A DNA stretch of 64,000 bases from Bugula neritina (taxonomy: Eukaryota; Animalia; Bryozoa). Below are positions 12,301 through 26,073 of the stretch, one piece after another (the first letter of the stretch is position 1; every line of letters begins with the position of its first letter). Position numbers and translations under genes: made by a program. The stretch covers positions 20,567,700-20,631,699 of the forward strand of contig OZ037768.1 in NCBI GenBank assembly GCA_964035545.1, written 5' to 3'. The notes below the pieces were generated by a model. It saw only the letters and a program-made list of their open reading frames with translations, was not told the origin of the DNA and ran no database searches.

Positions 12301-14739
12301 ACAGGAAATTGGTAGGCCTTTTTAAGTATTCTGTAGTGGACAACTCAACTAACAAATTATTTAGATTTTAGGCTATTAAATGAAAATAGGTTAAAAGTTT
12401 TGTTGCAGAAAAATTACGAGAAGCACATCTGAATGTTGATTAAAACAAACACTAAATGTTAAATGAAAGCTAGTATTATGCTAACAACAAAAGGATATGT
12501 ATGGGAAATATTCCAATTAGCAAATCTCATTTCTTACCTCTTTCATTAAAAAACCATTTATTTTATTAATTCGCCTTTTCCTATCTATACATGACTTCTT
12601 TCAGTTGCAAACACAAGGTGTAGAGACTTCTGGTTAAGAATGTGAAGAAATTTACCAATTGCTATATATCAACATTTAATAATTGTCTTAGAAACACGAT
12701 TTATTGTGTATATTGAAGTAGGTTAGGTTGCTAAGTGTGCTGTATGTCAACTAACAATAGAATACAGAGTCTCACAGGAAACTGGACTGCAAAGAAATAC
12801 ATTACAGTTTTATCTACTTAGACTAGTTTAGTTGTATAATATTACATGCAAGTTATATCAGTTAATACTTTGGTCAACAGACAGGTCTACTGGTTATTGA
12901 CATTCAGCTGCAAAGCCCTTGTTGGCTGTAGTTATGTACATAGTGTTGCATAACATTGTTAATTGTGCATCTGACACCAGCCTGGATATTTCTTCACCGC
13001 TTATATATGAAGCTAGCCTTGAAAGATCCTTTTTACTGACTATAATATTTTTAGTTCAGAAGGTTTTGCTTGTCTAAAACAAACAGCCCTCTCTTGTATC
13101 GATATATACATAGAATGTTCCAGAGACCTTTAAAATTGTTATACCGTGAGGATTATTTTATTCATCAGTGGATTGCCGGTCCAGCTTTAGTTTTTATAGT
13201 TTAGAAATTTGTTTGATTAGTGAAATGAGCTGTGTGAAAACTATCAGCAATTAACGACATACAAATATATTGCAATGTTTGCATTCATGTGTATGGGGTG
13301 GGGGGGGGGGTTTATGGAACTAACAGTATATTTTTAGTGGTCCATGTTTGAATTTGAGCAGCTTGCGTGTTGCTTTATTTCATTTATTTGAGTTGATGTT
13401 TGGAAGACTATAGAATTGAAAACCAGGAAGTGTTGATCTGAGGCTCTTTCCATACTTCCAAGTTGCATGTAACTGTTGATAGTTTGCCAAGACCTGCCTG
13501 CATCAACAGTTCTTCCTGATTCCTTGAATACCTCTATTCAAATGTCCTTCAATGAATCGCTAGGCTTTCTTTCAGTATAACTAGTGAGCGTGCTTTATAC
13601 AATTCCATGTTTTGTGTGCAGATGGATTTGAAGGTTAATTCGATACTAGGATGTTTATATTTTATTCTGATGTTACAACTGTGAGTGAGTTAATTGATTT
13701 AGAGAATTCTAAGCCTATTCCTCATCAGCAGTGTTTTTATATGGTGATAGATGAACACAGCAGGATATTCACAAGCTAAAAAATATTGGCTTCGCTGTAA
13801 ATGGTTTTGCAGTCTGCGTGAATTTAGCAAGCTGCTCTGTGCATACAACTGAATGAATGTAGTATTTCATAATCACAGTGTCATTTCACTGTTATCTGGG
13901 AAGGCATATTGATATGACAGAGTAAGGATCAAAGGTGCAGTTGTGTAACATCAACTTCAGTAGTGTTGTTGCTTTAGCATTTTATTGTCTGCTCTATTAT
14001 ACAATGATAACGAACATGTGCTTCAGACATGTGCATCCGGTTTAAATTTATATTTATAAATACACTGCAGTAATGAAGATCAGCATAAACTGACTTTAAA
14101 AAAAAAATAAAGTTCTGAATTTATTATAATATGCTGTAAAATCAGTAAAATCACAATTATAGTTAGGAGCAAACAATTCTTACCATCTGAGAAAAAGATT
14201 CGTTTTGATTTTTGTATTTTTCTATCGAAGTGATGACTGAACTTGGTGGAACTAGAAAATCATGATATTTCTAAATTGAATGGATTATTCTTATTATTTC
14301 TTATGGTATACCTGTTGCATCTAGTTGATAATATGATTATTTCGCTGTATACTTCTTAGGGGCACAGGTGACATAATAGCCAGTGGTGACAGAGCCGATG
14401 TGTGTCAAGTTACTCGCTATTATGAGGAGTACGTGAAGGAGAAGGCATTGTCTTCCAATTTCCTTAATAGCTGCCTAGTCACTTCTGTAGAGAAAGTTCG
14501 TATGTCTCCTCAGGTATTAGAATACTGCTACTGCTACTACTAGTACTACTACTAGCTACTGCTAGTACTACTACTACTACTACTAGTGCTACTACTAGCT
14601 ACTGCTAGTACTACTACTACTAGTGCTACTACTACTGCTAGTACTACTACTGCTACTACTAGTACTACTACTACTACTGCTAGTACTACTACTACTACTA
14701 CTACTGCTACTACTACTACTACTACTAGTACTACTACTA

Positions 14740-14771
<32 letters not shown>

Positions 14772-15764
14772 GCTACTACTACTACTGCTACTAGTACTAC
14801 TACAGCTACTAGTACTACTACTAGTACTAGTACTACTACTACTACTCCTAGTACTACTACTTCGGCTATCACCACTGTTACCTCCCCTCCTGCTGGTAAC
14901 ATAACTGTTGACTTTGACCTGTTTTCTCATGATTTTCAGATAATAAATGAAGACACTGGAGAAATGGAAGGCAATGCTCTTGAGAATATCTGGGAAGTAT
15001 CTATCAAGAGACTAGAGTCATCAACAGACGGCTTCCCTCAGTCGTTTAGGGTCAGAGCTAAAAACATTGTGCTGGCTACTGGTACGAGTGACATTCCAAA
15101 TGTCCTGGGGGTTCCGGGAGAAGATCTCAAGTTTATCAGACACGGTGTGTCAAAAGTCAGTGCCGCACTGCAGCACATTGACAATGAGACCAGATGCAAC
15201 CCAGTGCTGGTCATAGGGGCGGGTCTTAGTGCTGCAGACGCCATATTAACTGCTCGAAAAAGTAACTGCAATGTAGTCCACGTGTTTAGAGAGACGCCCT
15301 GTGGTAACCCCGCTCAAATGCTGAAGAGTCTACCTCGGGCTATATATCCCGAGTACGTTATGATGTATGAGCTGATGTGTGGCGATGTAACAGTCGACTG
15401 GTACAAACCGTACCCTCAGTATGCGGTGAAGGCTTTCATTGACAAAAATAGAGTTAGATTAGAGAGTTTGCAAGGGCGGAGTGAGATCATTGACGTTTCA
15501 TTGGCTCTCGTTCAGATAGGGTCTAATGCTGATCTCTCCTTCATGCCTTCTCAAGGCACTAACCTCGGCGTTGTGCCTGGTATGAAGATTGAAGTCAAGC
15601 ATAACGTAGTTGATGTGGACCCTTTCACCAGCGAATCTGTCATTGAGAAGGGACTCTATGCCATGGGCCCGCTTATTGGGGACAACTTTGTCAGATTTCT
15701 CAAAGGTGGTGCTATGGCCATCACGCAACATATTCAGATGAAGAATGGAGTAATTAATATGTAG
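9396..15764 (+). CDS. OSGIN: Oxidative stress-induced growth inhibitor (OSGIN1/2-like FAD-dependent oxidoreductase); 6 coding exons
   Basis: Exons 9396-9435, 9762-9904, 10703-10900, 11691-11779, 14360-14513, 14940-15764. Motifs DVAIIGNGPSAITLSYMLSGYTPY, LEGRTSNPVALVLDQLCHPYAD, PGGVWQ, TLSRSSWMQLPDLPF, VLATG, VIGAGLSAADA, GLYAMGPLIGDNFVRFLKGGA. Confidence 0.92.
11780..12276 (+). repeat. 26-bp minisatellite (GTAAGTACATTACCAGTAAGTTCTCA, about 18 copies) starting at the splice donor
   Basis: Directly visible; variants cca/cct/cta. Confidence 0.95.
14523..14861 (+). repeat. (ACT)n-type microsatellite in OSGIN intron 5
   Basis: ACT/GCT/AGT triplet run; produces the poly-T/L/V/S ORFs. Confidence 0.95.
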
Positions 15765-17455
15765 CCTGCAGACTACCTGGTTGATATAGCTGGTCCCACA
15801 AGTTGTTCATTTCCTTAGACAGTGTGTAACAGTAGGGCTCAAAGCTGCAACTTCTGCATGCTATGCTCTGTGCACTTCCGCTAGCATGAGGGGTTGTCTA
15901 CTACTGCACCATCTCTACAGAATGCGTATACTAGTTTTTTTAGATATATGCATGCCATTGAAATCTAATTTCATGGCTTTATATTTTATGAAGTCATTTT
16001 ATTTCTACCAAAATGTTTTAGCATTTTAAAATCGCTGCTACCTCCTAAAAATTGTAATTTTACTACTATATTTTCATTACCATGATTTTTTCACATTTTC
16101 AATAATTTGTTGGGATCAAGCCAACTACAATAACACTTTTATAGTTATTAGAGTACATTTTGCTCTTCATAATCATATAATTTGTATATAGTATATATAT
16201 TGTTTTACTGTTGTACTTGATTTTGAGTATAAAACTAATGTAAATGCTAGGAAGGCAACACAGATATAAAAAGTGTCAACAAAAGCACCTTGTAGACACC
16301 TGCCTTAACTGTGAACATCTCACAAACAACCCACAGTTCCCTTGTTGCTACATTTTAGTTGTTTATTGTGATGACAACCCTCAACTGCTAAATTAGCTGC
16401 ACTATTTATAATATAACAACAATATAGTTATTCAATTAACAAACTGCGTGGACTTTGCCCCCTAAATGCATGTGGGTTTTGGATATATGAAAATAAAAAT
16501 GTTGAAAGTGTTAGAAGGCTATCATGTTTAAAAGGCATGAACATGAATAAATAACAAGCAGATTAATTTGTTGACATATTTATGATTAATGCCAAATGAG
16601 TACAGCTTTTCCATGGAACACATCCTGGATGTAATTGGAGACTAGACAGTTGATAAATTATATTGCAAAATTTCTTTGGATATCATAGTAAAGCTTGAAA
16701 CCTAAGCCCTCTAAACCAACCAAACTCAATACAAAGTTATGTTGGACACTTCTAATCTACTGCGTAACCATAAGATTGTAATTTTAATGTAGGCCTGTGA
16801 ACTGCCAGCTGTTTTTAAAAAAATGCATGTAAACAGAATGATAATCGGAAATGGGAAGACTATGCAACAAATTTATAGGCAAATTTAAGGATTTGGAAAA
16901 ATAATATTTTCATGTTAAAATTAAAAGCTGAAACATCTGCAGCTCAGTCAAACCGGTTTTCCAACTAAAAGTGTTTCAACAACTTAAATTAGGTCACCTC
17001 CAGCTTAGTGAAAGGTTGGCTTGTAACTACTGTGATATATTGCACTGTAATGTCTACACAAGTGTCAGAGTCCAGGATGTGCAGGATGAGGAGATAAGTG
17101 CGGGCATGTATCTCCAGGGTTGTACATTTCATAACCTCAGTTAACCTTTTTAGTTTGAAAACACAATACAGTTTGATACACACTGCTACCAAAAAATCAA
17201 TAAACCACCTACCAAATAAGCTTGAACTATAGTAACGCTGGTAGTGTGATAGTAAACAATACTACACTGGCATAGTGAATGTACACTGCAGTAACCATGG
17301 CAAGGAATTACATTCAACATCAAATTTATTTTAATAAAATCAAAGAATGACCAATTTAACACAAGAGTAAATAATTTACTAGACATTTGAACATGAACAT
17401 TGAGGTGGAGGGCAATAAAGTTCGTAAAGTTTATTTTACGCTGCCAGAGTGCCTT

Positions 17456-20400
17456 CTACGCTGTCTTATTCTTCTTATTGTAGAGGTCACGAACACTAGC
17501 TGGTAGCAGCCTGTCTATAGTCCCACCCTTGATCAGCTCCTTCTCCATTCTAATGATATCTTCAACTCCCTTAATGAGTAGTTGCATGAGCTCCACCTGG
17601 TCAGATATAACAGGCATGACATACTTTCGTATCACCTCACTTGACAGCAAACCAGGGTGTGGCAAGGTGTATAAATGCATGAATCACCGGCTTTCAATGC
17701 CTCAAATGCAATTCAATGCATTGAAATGGTATTTTATATTATATTAGCTGAAGGAGAAAAAGTACTTTCTTTATACTAAAAAATTGAGTACTTCATTGAC
17801 CATCCAACTACATAAGCCATCACCATCAGCTTACAGTATGACATACATTGCTAATGAAAAATGGCAGCTACTCCAACAATTACTCATTAAGCCACCATTG
17901 ACACGGTGATTTGATGCATTGAAAGTTAGTGAGTATATTAGGCACCTAATTAATTTGTTGAAACTCAATTTAGAGTTCAGTAGTTGCGAAGGACAACTCC
18001 TAATTTATTGAACACTACTCGTGCACCTCTCTATTGCTATAACTGCTAACATAGAGCTAAAAGTTGCATGATTTATAGTTTCAGTACACAGATAGAATTA
18101 ATCAGAGAAGAGTAAAGACAGAACAGTACAAACTTACATTCTATTAACAAAACAAATATCTACACAAATGTATGGCGCCTATCATACAAACATGTAACCA
18201 ATGTATGTGCCAGTTAAATGTGAAGCTCCGTACCTCGGATTTTCCTAACCGCTGAGAGTTAGAAATATCGTAGACATCGTCGACAACTGGTGAATCAGTT
18301 CCACCAGTACCTCTCTTCTGAAGATGCATGGCTTGTAGGAACAAATCAAATCTGGGATCCTGTATATAATATAGCATGTATTATAGCATACATCGTAGAA
18401 TATATTGTAGAATATATTATAGTGTAACATATTATAGCATATATTGCAGTATATATTGTATATATAAGTATATTATTATATACATTGTCATCATTACACA
18501 GCAATGCTACGTCCTTTAAATTCCAAACATAAAAGACTGTAAATCTATCAATAAACATAATATTTGATGACAAGGGAAATATTCTGACCAGAAAGACACC
18601 ACAAGAATGTGGTCCACCTTCAGCCTTAAAAACAAAAAACCAACTATAAGCCAATTTTCATATTCACACATACAAATTGTGTCACAAATAATCATTAGTA
18701 ATGAACATGGCAGATCATTTTGTCAGAAAATTGCGACGATTAGAAACCTTTACACCCAGTAGACGTGGCACAGTAAAATTAAGTAGCCTCAGCACCCAAC
18801 CTTTGACAGCATTGGTATCTTGATGTGCACACCGGCCCGCATTCCTGTGCCCAAGTCAGCAGGACTAGTGGCCATGTAACCGAGATGCTCGTTCCACATG
18901 AAATCCCATCCTTTCTTAGAGATCTCTTGCTGCAACTAATAAACATAGCAACACATATAGCTTATACATACAATATATATCTTCATAAGCAGAGGTAAGC
19001 TATGTACTGAGATTCATATAGAATATGTATTATAATTGTTAATTTTCATACAATTAGCCCAAATGGCCTCCTAACTATAAACTCATTCCTAACAGTGTTA
19101 TACAAAGGGGTACAGCTCACAACCATTACTATTCTGCAGTCGAGCTGGCATTATTAAAGTAGACAACTCCTACTCCAGTGCGAGTAAATTTACATGGGAA
19201 AACAACTTTTTGAATTTAGCCAATCATTTTACTAGTTGAACTGTTAATGAGACCAAAAATCCTAGAAAACTTGTATATTGTTTGTAGCATTATGTGTGTC
19301 ACCATATGCCAAGGAAGAACGCAAGTTACTGCTAAAAGCACACACCAAGTTCACTCCTTTACAGTAACGCATGAACGTCTGCGCAATATTGCCTCCTTTC
19401 TGCATGGAGATGATACGAGCGTGGTCTCTTTCATTGATCCAAACTAGAAAGTTTTTGGAGTCGTTTGCCCAGAGTCCCCTGGCATCTGGCCAATCACGAG
19501 TCATGCCAGCAGCTACATGTTGAGGCGCCGTTGGCTTGCCAAACATAAATCCTTCCTATGAGATACACACACAATACTACAGTTTACAGAGTGTAGTGTG
19601 CACAAGCAATAACAATGCTACTAACACAGTAAATATGTAGTGTGTGCACGTAATAGCAATGCTACCAACACAGCGGTAAGATAATTACGTACTTCAACCA
19701 ACTTCTGATGTTCTTCAGCAGCCATTTTCTTCAAAGGATAATATCGACCTTTGAACTCTCCATGAAGAGTGTTTAGAGCTTCAACAATGACTCGCTCGAC
19801 CTCTCTCCGCTCAGCTCTAGTACACGAAGGAGGAAGTCTCAGTCCGCGAATAGCTCTTCCAGTGCGCACTCGAGATGAGAGGACAAATCTACACAAAATG
19901 GAAAATGATTAGATTTATACATCTTACCATTCTAGTGCATTACACAGAGTCACATGACTACAGTCACATGACCATACAGTCAGTCACATGACTATACAGT
20001 ACAGTCACATGACTATACAGTACAGTCACATGATTATACAGTCAGTCGCATGATTATACAGTCAGTCACATGACTATACAGTCACATGACTATACAGTCA
20101 CACGATTATACAGTCACACCACTATACAGACATAGTCACATGACTATACAGTCACATGACTACACTACACAGTCACATCTTACTTGTCATCCAGGCAGCC
20201 CCCCTTCAACTTGGTATAGTCCATGTCTTTAATATGCTTGTCCCACGGCTTATAACCTTCATGTCTTTCATCGATAACTTTATCAAAAAACTCCGAGAAA
20301 ACCTAAACATACCAGAATGGAGGTAAATAGACCCAGTTTAATAAAATACTAGAAAATTGCACTCACTAAAACTCAATGTTAAATCAACAAGCGATGATAG

Positions 20401-21065
20401 AATAGCCTGTGTCACCTCATAAGATTCCTCGTCACCGGCTATACACCCGACTTCTTTGAAATGAGCATTTGATGGGTTGTCCACTCCTGGCTGTATGCAT
20501 TCGTCAAATGTGCAGCCGTGAGGAGTTGTCCTGCTGCGTAGCTTGTTGTACATCTACATCGTGTGTGATTAGTTACAGGATTTGTATGAGTTACGAAATT
20601 TAATGATTATCTTTGGGTTCAATGTTGGAATTAAACCATGATATGATAAATTTAATTAAAACTAAAGCCAAGGGTGACTCAATGATGATCTATTAAGTTT
20701 CAAAATTTTATTTAAAACATGTTCATCGAATTCAAATAAACTGAAAATGTTAATCAACAGTTCATATAAACAACACTGATACACAGATAGTATGTACATA
20801 AAAAATCTCGCCAGTATGTAAACATTACATAGTTTCTCGTAAATAAAGTACATATGTAAATAGGAAAGCTCACCTCTGGGGTCAGCACTTGGGCCATATA
20901 GTTGCGGTGTTGCAGTATGTCCGGGTAGTTGGACCCAGCTGGGAACTTATACTGATTGCTACACGTCACTCTGGCATGCACTGGTTCACCCCCCTTGTAC
21001 GCGGTGTACGCTACGCCCCCTGCTGCCAGTCCTATGGAACTGCAGACAGCTACCAACCTTGACAT
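17456..21065 (-). CDS. CKMT: Mitochondrial creatine-kinase-like phosphagen kinase with substituted catalytic residues; 8 exons
   Basis: Exons 21065-20874, 20553-20416, 20302-20184, 19888-19693, 19555-19346, 18935-18801, 18359-18234, 17596-17456. N-terminal presequence-like leader; motifs [70 protein letters not shown]. Confidence 0.88.
19948..20178. repeat. About 16-bp (CAGTCACATGACTATA) variable tandem array in CK-like intron 3
   Basis: Directly visible, with 4-5 nt insertion variants. Confidence 0.9.
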
Positions 21066-21492
21066 CTTCTACAAGCAGCAGTACGGTATGATAAGTCTAC
21101 AGATGAACTAGTTTTGGTTTCGGAGTGAAAAAAATCCGCATTTTATCAAAATTGTACAAGTTTCGTCAAAAAATCATCAGCCTTGTTTAAAGAACCCTTT
21201 ACAAAGTATATTTTTATCTCTCATTCAAATAATTCTGCTCAATTATCTTAGACTATGTAAAACTTTCAAATCAGGAAGACCCCGGCATCTAATCGTTTAT
21301 ATTATTACTATAAAATTGAAAATAATTTGCTTATTATAAAACAGTTAGTATAAATACTACGGAACAACTGCTATTAGATGACCTAAGGCTAAATAATTCA
21401 TCTATACATAATAAAGTAGCTAAGAATTGCTAGTCCACAATACTCCATGTAACACTAGAAAGTACCAAACATTCACATGAAGTACAATATTT

Positions 21493-21603
21493 ACTTGTGT
21501 ACTACACCAAATACTTGTGTATTACACCAAATACTTGTGTATTACACCAAATACTTGTGTATTACACCAAATACTTGTGTATTATATCAGATACTTGTGT
21601 GTT
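21493..21603. repeat. 20-bp tandem repeat (ACTTGTGTATTACACCAAAT, about 5 copies), intergenic
   Basis: Directly visible. Confidence 0.9.
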
Positions 21604-22356
21604 ACACATATGAAGGAAAAATAAAATTATAAACTTACTGACATACTCATAGCTGCTACAACTGGTTAACGATTTTAATCAAATTAGCGAAAATATTCAA
21701 CAATGCTCTAAAACTTTTCCCCTCAGGAATGAAATAATAACAGCCAACAATGATACAGCATATATAATTCATCTTTAAAACATATCAAAAATTCTTAAAA
21801 TATTATTGCAGAACTAGGTTATAACAATTTTGACTTAAAGAAAATTTTACTAAAGCGTATTTGACTTTATATAAGAGGGAAAACAAAATTTAAAAAAAAA
21901 ATAATTTGGCAACTTGGAAAGATAAACTGGAAAGTACTATAACATAATATTAATAATGCACAGTACAATACCTGAATAGCTAGCTAGCTGTCCAATATAT
22001 AACAGTATCTGGTTGGAGGCACTACATCTGGCCCATAGCCTATAACACAATAATATACAAATATTAACAGTTTATTAAATGTAGACACTTTTCATGTTGT
22101 ATTTTCTACATGTAACACATTGCACTCTATAGTGCAAAACAATTAAAATCTAGTAAACATAAAAATATTCAAAGCCAACTGACATAATACTCAATTGGAG
22201 TGAAGCGAATGACAATAGTACTGTACAGAAGAGCAAACTACAACCCAGCAAACAAATCAGCTCCACTTTATAATGTCTAAACAGGGTAAGGTGTAAAGTT
22301 CAAACTACTTCATCAAGGGTCAGCTCAATACTAGACAGCATGTACAACTGTATAGT

Positions 22357-24882
22357 CTATGAATATGTAGGAAATCCCACCTCCTTAATTTTCCGTCTGA
22401 TATTAAGAGTTGTGTCATCCACCACATGCTGCTGATTTGTGGCTCTAATATCCTGCTCCACCTCCCTGGGCAGACGGGCGCCCTGCTCATCACCAAGTAC
22501 CACAGAGTCAGCCACAACTTTCTTATGTGCTGCGGCTGCTTCGGCAGCCATCACAGATGACAGCTGCCGAGGGACAAACCTTGGTCTGGAGTGCTGAGTA
22601 GGCGGCTGCACAGATCTAATAATAATCTCAGACATTGGCTTCAACTCGGGCTGTGAGTGAGATGTTGCCGGTTTACCATATCTATGTGAACTACTCGCTG
22701 CCTCTTGCAGTGTAGGACCAGTGGCAGCACTTGGTGCTGTTAGATGGTGCATAGTGCTATCAAACTTCTTCAGTTTGGCTGATGGACCATTAAAACTGGC
22801 TGATTGCCATGTGGCAGCATTAGTTGCATCATGCTGCCTCTTCCGAGCTAAACTCTTATGACTCACCCTCTCGTGTGTCAGCACTGAACTCAGCTCCACT
22901 GTATCTATGTTGTTCACATTGACGTGCTCCAACCCTACCAGGTTTGTTGGCTGCACCTCGGTGAACTCAAAGTTGGTATTAGTGTGTGACACACAGCGCT
23001 CTGGAACACCACTGTGATAGGGGTTAGGGAAAACTGATTGGTCTGGAAAACTACCGTGATAGGGGTTAGGGAAAGCTGATTGGTCAGTTACTGCAGGAAG
23101 AGCTGCCGTCTGTTGAATAGAAACAGCAGACGATGGTAGAGTGTGAGCTAGCCGAGATAGCCTTGGCTCTGGTCCAATCCTCGTACTGCTGTACACCCTC
23201 TCCCCCACAGGTAACTTGTGCTCCTGCTTATGCTCTGTTGACACTTTGAGCTTTTCTTCAGCTAAGAACAAATAATATCACTGATAATAAGAAAACTCTT
23301 AACAAAGGTGTCGGGAGTAAACAGCATATCGAAAGTGGTTATGAAGCTATGTGACTTTGATGCAGAGAAAGAGGCCTGTAGTCAAAGCATTGAAATAGGA
23401 ATGCCAAGGCTTTGGGTATTATCTCAACTGTGAGAAGAAAAAAGCCACCTTTTGACTGAAAAGGTAACATTTGAGTAGTTCATTGACCATCCAACTACAT
23501 AGTTCATTTGGTTCAACTGATCAGCTCACAGCAAGGCATATATTGATAACCAGGAACTGCAGTCTGAGTTTCTCAGCTACTCTAACAATTACTATCTCTA
23601 AAGCCACCAGTGCATAAATTTTCATCATCAAAAACCACTTTACAGTAGAACCAATGCATTGGAAGTTGGTGATACAAACTAGACACTGACCTAATTTCCT
23701 GCATTTTCTAGCTATTGTAATCCTTCTCTCCTGTAGCTTCAGTCTGGTTTCCTCTACCGTCTCGTACTCCGGGGCGTAACACACATGTAGAATACCGCCA
23801 AAAAACTCCAGCTCATCTAGTCTCCTCTTCGCTGTTCTAAAAAAAACAAATTTTGTTATAAAACATACAAAGTGTTCATCTGATGGACACGAAAAGCAAC
23901 TCATTTAAATATTTTCAACAAAGAAAAAAGAGAAACTGTAGAGTTTTATAGCCTCAGTATTTATCACAGAAAACTCTGCTCATACAAAATACAAATTCAT
24001 AATACATGAAATAATAAAATAACAATAAATGTTACTGCAGAAGTAAACACTTACTTCAAATAACTAAGCAATATTAAATGGTAAACCAATCTGCACAGAA
24101 GTATTTTTCAGAAACTCAATTTATACTTTGTCTGTTTCTGTCTGAACTTGAATTCATAGCAAAGAAGTAGCACGCAATGAAGAAGTACCTTGCAGAGTTT
24201 ATATTGTCATATTTAAGCAGGTAAGTGCTGGTGAAAGGCTCTGCAGGATAATCATCCAGCACTGAAAGAGCAGTTATAGTTCCATAGGCTGAGCAAGTAG
24301 CATGGAGTTCTTTAGTCAAGTCAAGCTGAGGAACTTGCAACAACAGCAGATATTGTGATTCATCACTCACAGAGTACACCTAAAACAAACACTCAGTCTG
24401 TGATCATGGCGTGACCCTTTTCCCTCACTCTTAGTAGTCAGTAGTGAGTAGTAGTAGTTAAACTAAAGCATGTTTAATTTTATACTTATAGTAGCAAGCC
24501 TATTTTAATTCAGTAATGAGTAATGACTAAGTCTAATGATAAGATTGAAACTGCCCTTTCAAACTAGTCATCAGGGGTAAGCTACCAAGACTATCACTAA
24601 GAGTAAGAGCTAAGAGTAAGAGCAAGGACTTTGAATGATCAATTAGACTCAGAGTGAGAGCCTCAGTCTGACTCTGAGTTGAACTTCATCTTCATACTTT
24701 AACCTTAAGGCAGATCTTAACACAGATTGCAAGAAAGTTCCACCTCAACTTGAGGTAATCTAAGACTTAGAGTTAGTCTTGAGTTCATCTTGTGATCTTA
24801 CTTTTACTGAAGTATACTTTCTGCCTTGCCGATATTTAGGACGATTTTCACAAACATCGAGTTTGATGTGGTGGGAAAACAT
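22357..24882 (-). CDS. RBM48: RNA-binding protein 48 (minor spliceosome component)
   Basis: Exons 24882-24802 (MFSHHIKLDVCENRPKYRQGRKYTSVK), 24379-24189 (VYSVSDESQYLLLLQVP...DDYPAEPFTSTYLLKY), 23836-23691 (AKRRLDELEFFGGILHVCYAPEYETVEETRLKLQERR), 23261-22357 (contains PRFVPRQ). The last exon may instead splice at 22381 to a short terminal exon 22039-22022 (AMGQM*). Confidence 0.92.
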
Positions 24883-26073
24883 TTTTGAACAAAAATAATT
24901 CTAACACTTCTTTTTAAAAACACTAGCTATAATCAAACTTAATATCAGTGCACCAAGCTCAATCCAGCGTGAAACTGAATGTGAAGGAATAATAAATTTA
25001 AATAACTTCAATAAGAAGAAAGATAAAGCTTTCTACTTGAACCGCTGCAATTAAAAGAAAAGCCCCCCCCGTGCTTCGTTGAAATATTTACGATTACTTG
25101 GAGAGGATCTTTCTACTCAGTCGTGTCGCATAAAGAAAATAACTCCGAAGCATATACTTTCAGCTAATGTATAACTACAAAGTAGTACCTGTATAATATG
25201 GCAAAAATAGATGCCTGTTTAAAATGTTGGCTATAGAATGACCTTATTATGAGAACAACTATAAATATAAAATTACCTTACCCATTTTATGTGCATATGG
25301 AATACATATTACAATTATAATTGAAAGTTGATGGCACAATGAGAAAAATCAATAGCAACACACTACTTTCCCCATTTTGACTCTGCCTATTTACCCGAAG
25401 TCATGCACTTACAAACTATGTACTAGGCATGCTTTAACTAATTTTATATTGGTAACTTCTTTAAAGATTTTAGTTAGCTAGTATTGTTTTAATCACAATG
25501 ATTTTTGGTATTTATTTCAATTAGAAAGATTTGACAAGACATATTGGTTTTACTTCACATTTCAAACCTGCAAATGATGCATTTTTTTATAATTTAAATT
25601 TACATTCTGCATTTTCCAAAAATGTAAGCACTTGAGATAACTGCAGAAATATTACATGATTATTGTCAAGTTGCAAATTTACATCTAGACTATAGCACGA
25701 ATACATTATAATATACAAAAAAGTTTGTTCAGTGAAAATTATTTAGCACATTGAACAAATTATAATGATAGTAAGATATAAATATAAGTTGAGATTTTAA
25801 TCCCACATCAAGGTATATTAAAACAATCAAATAGAAGAATCAACAACTAAAATACATAATAAACAACAAACAAGTAAAAAAATAAATAATATATGTTACA
25901 CATATTTATAAATATGTTGCATAAAAGAAAATCAAATCAAACTTCTACGACACTAGTGATATTTTAACGTGAGTTCAAAGTGCCAAGTCAAAGTAGTGTT
26001 ACGTTCGAGCAGCTACTACTGATAGTACTAGTGAGCCTAGCAAGGCCAATGATGTCTGTAACAAGTAATTCAT

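Noticed and set aside
14552-14939. Mucin-like poly-Thr N-terminus of the 392-aa ORF and overlapping poly-Val/Ser/Leu ORFs
   Set aside because: Intronic (ACT)n microsatellite; the real exon starts at acceptor 14940, and retention hits an in-frame TAG ten codons after the donor.
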